Both the position numbers and the translations under genes were made by a program. From NCBI GenBank assembly GCA_963803435.1, contig CAWDML010000003.1:352001-416000 (forward strand): 64,000 bases of DNA, in the 5' to 3' direction. This stretch comes from an uncultured delta proteobacterium (GTDB taxonomy: Bacteria > Myxococcota > Kuafuiibacteriia > Kuafuiibacteriales > Kuafuiibacteriaceae). Shown one piece after another: positions 53,978-64,000 of this stretch; position 1 is the stretch's first letter, and each line of letters starts with the position of its first letter. Under the pieces are notes generated by a model. That model ran no database searches. It saw only the letters and a program-made list of their open reading frames with translations, and was not told where the DNA came from.

Positions 53978-54025
53978 CGCCCGTAACTAGAGCGCGGGTA
54001 GGAAAACCGCAACCTTGGTCGGTGC

Positions 54026-54469
54026 TCAGTGCACCGGAGATTCGGTTGCGGCTTCCTTGCCCTCGACCCCGACGTCGACCGCGCGCAAGCGCCAGTCCCT
54101 GAGCCGGTACTGGATCTTTCGTACGCTGATGCCGAGCATCTTCGCGGCCTTGCTCGTGCTTCCCCCGACCGCTTTGAGCGTCTCGAGGATCGCGTACTTC
54201 TCCAGCTCCTGGATCGTGGAGCCAGGGATCTTGACGCCGGAGGCCGGACGATCACTCGCAATGATCGCACAGCCCATCGACTCGGCCCGGTCCACCAGTG
54301 CCTCGCGTTGCTGGCCGACCACCGACGGGTCGATCAGCATCAGCTTAGGCTCGAAGGACGACAGCGTGTTGATCGCATCGGTGGCGTTGGCCACCTTGTG
54401 AACATCGATGTCGTCACGGTTCAATCTCGACCACTCTTCGTAGGGTCCAACCAAAAGCACCCGCATCAC
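54026..54469 (-). CDS. Degenerate receiver domain plus Fis-type HTH, no AAA+ domain
   Basis: C-terminal IPGSTIQELEKYAILETLKAVGGSTSKAAKMLGISVRKIQYRL is an NtrC-type HTH_8 tail; the N-terminus is REC-like (KLMLID). Confidence 0.8.
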   Translation of the reverse strand: MMRVLLVGPYEEWSRLNRDDIDVHKVANATDAINTLSSFEPKLMLIDPSVVGQQREALVDRAESMGCAIIASDRPASGVKIPGSTIQELEKYAILETLKAVGGSTSKAAKMLGISVRKIQYRLRDWRLRAVDVGVEGKEAATESPVH

Positions 54470-54481
54470 TGACTTGTACGC

Positions 54482-54497
54482 AGCAATAGCCGTGCCC
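54482..54497 (-). promoter_or_regulatory. Sigma54 (-24/-12) promoter
   Basis: Minus strand reads GGGCACGGCTATTGCT, close to TGGCACGNNNNTTGCW, with an AT-rich patch upstream. Confidence 0.7.
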
Positions 54498-54559
54498 TTT
54501 ATCGCGCTATTATTTCACTCGACACTGTTGCGATTCGGTAACGAATCGGGCCCTCGGCG

Positions 54560-56383
54560 CTACTCGCCCAGCCGTCGCGGCGGAAGCAGCGCGCGGGTGA
54601 GCGTCTCGCAGGCTTCGAGCACTCTGCGTGCGGCCAGATCATGGGCGAGCGCGGTTTCCGCGTGGCGATCTTGCTCCACCTCGAGCGCCTTTGCCCCCTT
54701 GCGATCCGCCCGGCGATGCGCCCGTTCGGTCGCATGTCTCAGCAGCGCGCGATCGTCTTCGGCCAAGGTGCGCGCGTGAAGGTCGACCTCCAGGGCTGCG
54801 TCGAGCGCCGCCTCGAGGGCAGAGGTCGCGTCGCTGCGCTCGGCCTCGTCGACGGCACCCGTGGCCATGAACAGGGGCGTGGCGCGGGCGAGGGCGGCGG
54901 CCGCCAGGGAGCGGGCGCGCGGCGTCACCAGGGCGGCCAGGCGCGATGCGGTTCGCTCGAGCAGCGGCGTTCGCAAGTGAGCCTGCGGATCGCCTCCGCG
55001 AATCTTCAGCAGGGGCCGACGCGCGTGGGCGCGCACCGCCAGCAGCCCGAGCAAGGAGACCGCGATCGGCACCAGGGGGAAGAAACGGACGGGTGTGGCG
55101 GCGAAGGCGAGGCATGCGAATGCGACGGCGGTCGCCAGGAAGTGGAGCGACAGCGTCGTCGCGATCTCCTTGGGCGTGGCTTCCGGCGCCGCCAGCGGTG
55201 GTCCCAGAACGGCGCGGGCGCGCACGATCTCGGTGCGTGCGCCCAGGTCGCGCAACGAGGAGCAGATGGCGTCGGCGCTGGCGCGGGAGATGCCGACCGC
55301 GACCGGGATCGGCGGGCGAGCGAGGCGCGACGCCAGCCAGCGCCAATGACTGCGAAGTGCCTCGCCGTGACGCCGGCGTAGCCACGCAGCGGTCGCTCGC
55401 GGGTCCGAGACCTCGAGGAGCTGCACCGCGTAGACGCCCGGAGTGAGCGACCACTCGAGCGTGCGCCCGCACCCGGGGCAGATCGGCAGATCGACGATCG
55501 ACGGCACTCCGCAGGCGCTGCAGCTCAAGCGGGTGTCGAGGCGAACGCCGGGAAGATCGCCGTGCCGCTCGAGCGCCACCCCGAGCTCGCCCATGGTGGC
55601 GAAGCGATCCTCGGGCCGGGCCGCCAGCGCGCGGAGCACCACGCGGTCGATCCACTCGGGGAGCTCGGGGCGGAGCGAGGACGGCGGCGGCGGGTCCAGG
55701 AAGCCACGCGCCGCCAGCTCGGCGATGCTCTCGGCCTGGCGCGCCGGACGCCCGGTGAGCATCTCGAACAGGATCGCGCCGAGCGCATAGACGTCCGCGC
55801 GCTCGTCCGTGATGCGCGAGCGAAACGTTTCGGGTGCCACGTAGCGTGGCGAGCCCACGATCGCACCGGTGCGGGTCAGCGTCAGCGCGCTCGAGAACCA
55901 AGCGACACCGAAGTCGACGATCACGGGACCGCGCTGGGGATGGAGGATCACGTTCGAGGGTTTGAGATCGCGGTGGATCACGCCGGCGCGGTGGCAATCG
56001 GAGAGCGTGCGGGACAGCGTGGCCATCAACGCGAGCGCGTCGTCGATCTCGAGGCGGCCCCGGGCGAGCCGCGTGGCCAGGCTGTCGCCTTCCACGTACT
56101 CCATCACCAGCACGTCGAGCTCGGCGAACCGCTCGAAGCGGAGGGCGCGCGCGAGACCGCGGTGGTCCACCTGGGAGAGGATTGCGAACTCCCGCTCGAA
56201 GCGGAGGCGCGCGATCGGATCGGCGCTGCGAAGCGGGTCGAAGACCTTCAACGCCACTTCGAAGCCACCGCGCTCGTCGTCGGCGCGGTAGACGCTGGCC
56301 ACCGTGCCCTCGGCGACTTTCTCGACGATCCGGTAGCGCCCCGCGAATAGGCTGGCGGCCGGGATCGCGTGGGCGAGCACCAT
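54560..56383 (-). CDS. Membrane Ser/Thr protein kinase with Zn ribbon and L7/L12-CTD-like domain
   Basis: VALK, HRDLKPSN, DFG and APE; CSAC..CPGC; two TM helices; helical C-terminus. Confidence 0.9.
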   Translation of the reverse strand: MVLAHAIPAASLFAGRYRIVEKVAEGTVASVYRADDERGGFEVALKVFDPLRSADPIARLRFEREFAILSQVDHRGLARALRFERFAELDVLVMEYVEGDSLATRLARGRLEIDDALALMATLSRTLSDCHRAGVIHRDLKPSNVILHPQRGPVIVDFGVAWFSSALTLTRTGAIVGSPRYVAPETFRSRITDERADVYALGAILFEMLTGRPARQAESIAELAARGFLDPPPPSSLRPELPEWIDRVVLRALAARPEDRFATMGELGVALERHGDLPGVRLDTRLSCSACGVPSIVDLPICPGCGRTLEWSLTPGVYAVQLLEVSDPRATAAWLRRRHGEALRSHWRWLASRLARPPIPVAVGISRASADAICSSLRDLGARTEIVRARAVLGPPLAAPEATPKEIATTLSLHFLATAVAFACLAFAATPVRFFPLVPIAVSLLGLLAVRAHARRPLLKIRGGDPQAHLRTPLLERTASRLAALVTPRARSLAAAALARATPLFMATGAVDEAERSDATSALEAALDAALEVDLHARTLAEDDRALLRHATERAHRRADRKGAKALEVEQDRHAETALAHDLAARRVLEACETLTRALLPPRRLGE

Positions 56384-58851
56384 CAGAGCCGGTCTCCCGT
56401 CTCATCGGGGAGAGCCGCGGCCCAGCGCTCCGCGGCCTCCGCCTCCATCTTGCCGGCCACGCGGAGCAGCTCGAAGCGAAGCGCCAGGTCGGCGTCGGAC
56501 TCGAGGATGCAGCGCGCTTGAAACGATTGATCGGCGTGGCAAGCGGAGCGCGCAGCGGGCTCCTGTGAGCGAAGTTGCCCCGCGTGCGCCTGGTCGAGCG
56601 CCTTCGAGAGGACGGCGATCTGCTCGGGGTCGAGATCGTGTGCCAGCTCGGCGGCACGCCGCTTGGTCGCCTCGAGGAAGGCGTCGCCGTTGCTCCGCTC
56701 CGCCAGTCGATCGGCAGCGGTCAACGCGCAGGCGGGGAGTCGCGACCGCGGTGGGATCTTCTCGTTCGGCCGATCGACCTCGGCCAGAAGCCGGTCCCCC
56801 TCGCGCATGAAGCGCCGGCGCCGGGCGATCATCAGGGCCAGCAGCGCCAGATCGAGGGCCAGGATCGCGCCGATCAGGCCGGCGGCGCGGGCGTCCAGCC
56901 ACTCCGGGAGCAGCGGCGCCTCGACGGCGCGGGTCGGCTCGATGAGCTCGGGCTCGAGCGGCTCCGGCGCCGGCGCCGGCTCCGGCACCGGCTCGTCGAG
57001 CGGGTCGGCGACGGGCGGATCGCTCCGGATCCCGTCGAGGGGCTCGGTCCGCACCGGCGTCGAGAGATCGAGGTCGGACTGGGTCCACAGGCTCCAGAAG
57101 GTCGGGACCAGGTCGCGCATGATCGCGCCGCCGGCCAGCTCCAGCGGCACCATCGCGATCACGGTGACCGAGAGCAGCGTGGCGAGTCGGCGGCGGATCG
57201 GAGCGATCGATCGATCGGGCGAGGACAGCACCGTCCGGATCTTCTCCAGCGCGCCCGGCTCTGCGGAGCCGCAGGCCGGCTTGCGTCCGCGCGGGAACCG
57301 GACGAAGCAGGCGGCGACCGCGGCCATCGACGTGCTCACGCCGGCGGTCACCAGCGCGGGGGCCAGCTCGAGCGGGAGATGGACGCCGCACAGGAGATTC
57401 AGCCCGCGATCGAGCAGCGGCAGCATCACACCGGTGCCGGCGAGGAGCGGTCCACCCGCGATCAGTGCATCGCGCATCCGGGGCGCGACCGGAGCCTGCG
57501 ATCGCGAGACGAGGCCGTGGCAGGCGCGGTCGAGGGCGACGGCGCGCTCGGCCAGCAGCGCGCCCGCGGTGGGTAGCACCATCAGGAGCGCGCCGAGCAG
57601 CGGCAGATCGGAGAAGAGGCAGAGGAGCGCACCGACCAGCAGCGCCGCCGCCAGGTAGAAGGGGACGCGGGTGTTCCAGTGGGACACGCCGGGGTCCTCG
57701 TCGATCCGGCACTCGGCACCCGCCTCGCGCAGCCGATCGGCGAGCGCGATCGCCTCGCCGCGATCGATCAGCGACACGATGCGCTGCGGCGCGGCGCCGA
57801 CGGCAGCGAGGCGTTGGAACAGCGGCGGAAGCTCATCGCCGGCGGCGAGCTCCGGGAACGACGAGAGCAGCTCGGCGGCCAGCGGCGCCGGCTCACGGAT
57901 CGCCACCAGCGTCACCGAGGCGTGGCCGGGGAGGAAGCAGAACGGATGATCGGAGATGCACGCGGGGCAGACGTTGCTCGCCGGCGGAATGGCGGCGCCA
58001 CAGTGGAGGCAGGGCGGAAGCCGGGAGCGGCGCGCGAGCAGGCGGCGCTCGGCGGCGGGATGATCGAGGGCCCAGAGCGCGTGAGACGCGGAGGCGTAGC
58101 GGTCTTCAGGCGCCCGGTCGAGGCAGCGATCGATGACCTGGGCCAGTCGCTCGGGCGTGTCCTCACGGACCGTGACGACCCGGGGCGCGTCCTCGTGCAT
58201 GCGGCGCCAGGCGAGCTCGGTGAGCGTGTCGGCGACCTGCGGTGCCCGTCCGGTCAGCGCCTCGAACACGGTGGCGCCGGCGCCGTACAGGTCGACGCGA
58301 GGATCGTAGACCGGCCCGGCGAACAGCTCGGGTGCCATGTAATCGGGCGTGCCCACGCTGGTCCCGGTGGCCGTCAGCTGCGAGGACGCGTCGAGGCGCG
58401 CCGAGCCGAAGTCGAGCAGGAAGATCCGTCCGTCCTCGGTGAGGCGGACGTTCTGCGGCTTGACGTCGCGGTGAACGATGCCGGCGCCGTGGGCGACCTG
58501 GAGGACCTCGAGGAGCTGGCGGAACATGCGCTCGGCTTTCACGAACGCGACCGGACCCTCGACCGCGATCTGCTCCTTGAGATCGCGGCCCGGGACGTAG
58601 TCCATCACGATCGTCGGATCACCCTGCCAGCGAATGACGTCGAAGATGGGGACGATCGCGGGGTGCTGGAGGCGACCGAGCGCTTCGAGCTCGCGGCGCA
58701 GCCTGGAGAGGGCTTCGGCGTCGCGCGCCAGCTGGCGGTGGATGCGCTTGAGCGCGACGGTGCGGCCGGCGGCGGTGGTCGCGCGAAACACGCGGCTGGT
58801 GGCGCCGGTTCCGCAGAGGACGAGGTCGCGGAAGCCGGGCGGCGGCAGCAT
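56383..58851 (-). CDS. Multi-pass membrane Ser/Thr protein kinase with Zn ribbon and L7/L12-CTD-like domain
   Basis: VALK, HRDVKPQN, DFG and YMAPE; CLHC..CPAC; about six hydrophobic segments; Pro/Glu-rich loop. Confidence 0.9.
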   Translation of the reverse strand: MLPPPGFRDLVLCGTGATSRVFRATTAAGRTVALKRIHRQLARDAEALSRLRRELEALGRLQHPAIVPIFDVIRWQGDPTIVMDYVPGRDLKEQIAVEGPVAFVKAERMFRQLLEVLQVAHGAGIVHRDVKPQNVRLTEDGRIFLLDFGSARLDASSQLTATGTSVGTPDYMAPELFAGPVYDPRVDLYGAGATVFEALTGRAPQVADTLTELAWRRMHEDAPRVVTVREDTPERLAQVIDRCLDRAPEDRYASASHALWALDHPAAERRLLARRSRLPPCLHCGAAIPPASNVCPACISDHPFCFLPGHASVTLVAIREPAPLAAELLSSFPELAAGDELPPLFQRLAAVGAAPQRIVSLIDRGEAIALADRLREAGAECRIDEDPGVSHWNTRVPFYLAAALLVGALLCLFSDLPLLGALLMVLPTAGALLAERAVALDRACHGLVSRSQAPVAPRMRDALIAGGPLLAGTGVMLPLLDRGLNLLCGVHLPLELAPALVTAGVSTSMAAVAACFVRFPRGRKPACGSAEPGALEKIRTVLSSPDRSIAPIRRRLATLLSVTVIAMVPLELAGGAIMRDLVPTFWSLWTQSDLDLSTPVRTEPLDGIRSDPPVADPLDEPVPEPAPAPEPLEPELIEPTRAVEAPLLPEWLDARAAGLIGAILALDLALLALMIARRRRFMREGDRLLAEVDRPNEKIPPRSRLPACALTAADRLAERSNGDAFLEATKRRAAELAHDLDPEQIAVLSKALDQAHAGQLRSQEPAARSACHADQSFQARCILESDADLALRFELLRVAGKMEAEAAERWAAALPDETGDRL

Positions 58852-58896
58852 CGTTCGATTGTAACCGGTCCGCGGGGGCGCGTTATGCCCTCCGCG

Positions 58897-59775
58897 TCAG
58901 AGGGGTGAGCCGACCGCGGTCACCTCCCACCTCTTGGGCGGCTCCACTTCGAAGGTGCCGACGGAGATGGAGAAGCCGGAGGAGCCGCCCGCGTCGATCT
59001 CTTTGCGGGTGGCCGTGCCGCTCGCGAACGCCACGGGCTGATCCGAGGCGTCGCGGCCCACGACGATGATGTTGACGAAGCGGACTTGCCGCAGGTGGGG
59101 ATTCTTCACCGTGCCGATCAGGTCGCGCATCGATCCGAAGGAGGGGTTCTCGCGGAACTCGGTCACCTCGAGTGTGACCTCGGGGAGCGCGAAGCCACTG
59201 GCGGGCTGCACCAGGCTGAGCGCGTCGCGATGGTACGGAGGCGGATGGCTCACCAGCACCAGGATCGTGGTGGTCTGCCCGGGCTGGAGCCGCTTGATCG
59301 CGGCGTACCCCTTTTGCTCACCGACGCGCTGGCCGGCCTCGTCGAACAGGCTCACCGCGACGCTCGGGCTCGTGATCTCGACGTCGCCGCTGTTTCGGTA
59401 GTCGACCAGCCAGAAGCGGCCGCCGATGCGCGTGGTACCGTCGATGGCGTGCACGATCTCGGCGGACGGGGGCGCGGCGCTGTTCGTGGTGAACGCCGGC
59501 GGCGGGGGTGCGGGCGGCGGGGGCGCCGAGGGCGGGGGCGTCGACCTTCGCAGCATGAACGCGGCCACCATCCCGGCCATCATCATCCCGAAGAAGACGG
59601 AGAGGACGATGGCGATGGGGCGCTGCGGACGCGACGGTCCGGAGGCGATGGAGGTGGATGGCGCCGAAGTCGCGAGGAAGTACGACTCGCAATGGTTGCA
59701 GCGGAAGTCGCCGGATCCACGCGCCGTGATGTCCGAGGCGCCGCAGTTGGGGCACGTGATGGGCGTCGTCTTCAT
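58897..59775 (-). CDS. Zn-ribbon / TM / tandem FxLYD-like Ig domain protein
   Basis: CPNC..CNHC; one TM; Pro linker; YRNSG..VSLFDEAG and GTVKN..VVGRDASD repeats. Confidence 0.75.
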   Translation of the reverse strand: MKTTPITCPNCGASDITARGSGDFRCNHCESYFLATSAPSTSIASGPSRPQRPIAIVLSVFFGMMMAGMVAAFMLRRSTPPPSAPPPPAPPPPAFTTNSAAPPSAEIVHAIDGTTRIGGRFWLVDYRNSGDVEITSPSVAVSLFDEAGQRVGEQKGYAAIKRLQPGQTTTILVLVSHPPPYHRDALSLVQPASGFALPEVTLEVTEFRENPSFGSMRDLIGTVKNPHLRQVRFVNIIVVGRDASDQPVAFASGTATRKEIDAGGSSGFSISVGTFEVEPPKRWEVTAVGSPL

Positions 59776-59850
59776 CGGCGCGGGAGGCGCCAGCCTACGA
59801 CGGAGTGGGGAGGTGGTGCCACAGAGGGAAGCGCCTAAGATGAGAGGTTG

Positions 59851-63475
<3,625 letters not shown>

Positions 63476-63479
63476 CAAC

Positions 63480-64000
63480 ATGCGCGGCGTGCGTCGGAAG
63501 GTCCGACGAGCCGCGGCGCTGGCGGCGATCGCGCTCGGGATCGTGTACACGATCATCGTCGCGCCGGTGAACCTCGCCGTGCGCGGGCTGGGCGGTCGGC
63601 CGGCGTTGCTGTCGCCGTTTCACTACGGGGACAAGGTGCACGCGCTCTGCGCGTTCGCGTTCCACGAGGTGCGTCACCTCTTCGTCGATCACGCGGACCC
63701 CCGCGCCTTGATCGTGAAGTCGGCCAGGAAGCACGGTGTGCCGGAGGATCTGGCCCTCGCGATCGGCTTCGCCGAATCGAGCTATCTTCCGCACCGCGTG
63801 AGCGACTGCGGCGCCATGGGGATCATGCAGCTCATGCCCGACACGGCGGGCGAGCTCGGCGTCTTCGACCCGTACGACTCGGAGCAGAACATCGACGGGG
63901 GCGTGCGCTACCTGGCGCGGCTGTGGCGGCGGTATCACGGCGATCGGCGCCGCGTGGCGGCCGCGTATCACGCCGGTCCGGGCCTGGTACCGAGGCGCGG
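63480..64000 (+). CDS. SLT-type lytic transglycosylase (partial, runs off window; missing from ORF track)
   Basis: Manual translation: N-terminal TM, AESS, GAMGIMQLMP, NIDGGVRYL and AAYHAG. Confidence 0.9.
   Translation, partial: MRGVRRKVRRAAALAAIALGIVYTIIVAPVNLAVRGLGGRPALLSPFHYGDKVHALCAFAFHEVRHLFVDHADPRALIVKSARKHGVPEDLALAIGFAESSYLPHRVSDCGAMGIMQLMPDTAGELGVFDPYDSEQNIDGGVRYLARLWRRYHGDRRRVAAAYHAGPGLVPRR

Overview
GC-rich bacterial chromosomal window, most likely Myxococcota (MYXO-CTERM protein, Cys/Gly-rich lipoproteins, Ser/Thr kinases). In order it contains: an ECF-sigma/hotdog fusion ORF, nmrA-like, rlmM-like, an isolated nuoMN pair and a VOC gene; the str-S10-spc-alpha ribosomal superoperon (rpsL to rplQ), from which rplC, rpsN, map/infA and rpsD are absent; a 7-gene envelope cluster (three LPP20-type lipoproteins, a PDZ-less trypsin-like protease, a CsgG/FlgT-like protein, LpoB-like and COG3014-like lipoproteins); a Wsp-like chemosensory operon ending in two multi-receiver histidine kinases; a matrixin, a Usp and a PPi-type Pfk; a group II intron truncated at YADD and joined to an IS701 remnant; KTSC, recQ and RMD1 genes; a sigma54-driven REC-HTH protein lacking an AAA+ domain; two coupled membrane Ser/Thr kinases with Zn-ribbon and L7/L12-CTD-like domains; a large Ig/Gly-rich lipoprotein; and a partial lytic transglycosylase. 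Four +1 frameshifts (rpoA, twice in a hybrid kinase, the large lipoprotein) fall in or next to GATC and are probably sequencing errors. No rRNA, tRNA or CRISPR array was seen. The best candidates for undescribed systems are the kinase pair, the lipoprotein cluster and a symmetric RNA hairpin in front of rpoA. All family calls are by-eye motif recognition; no searches were run.
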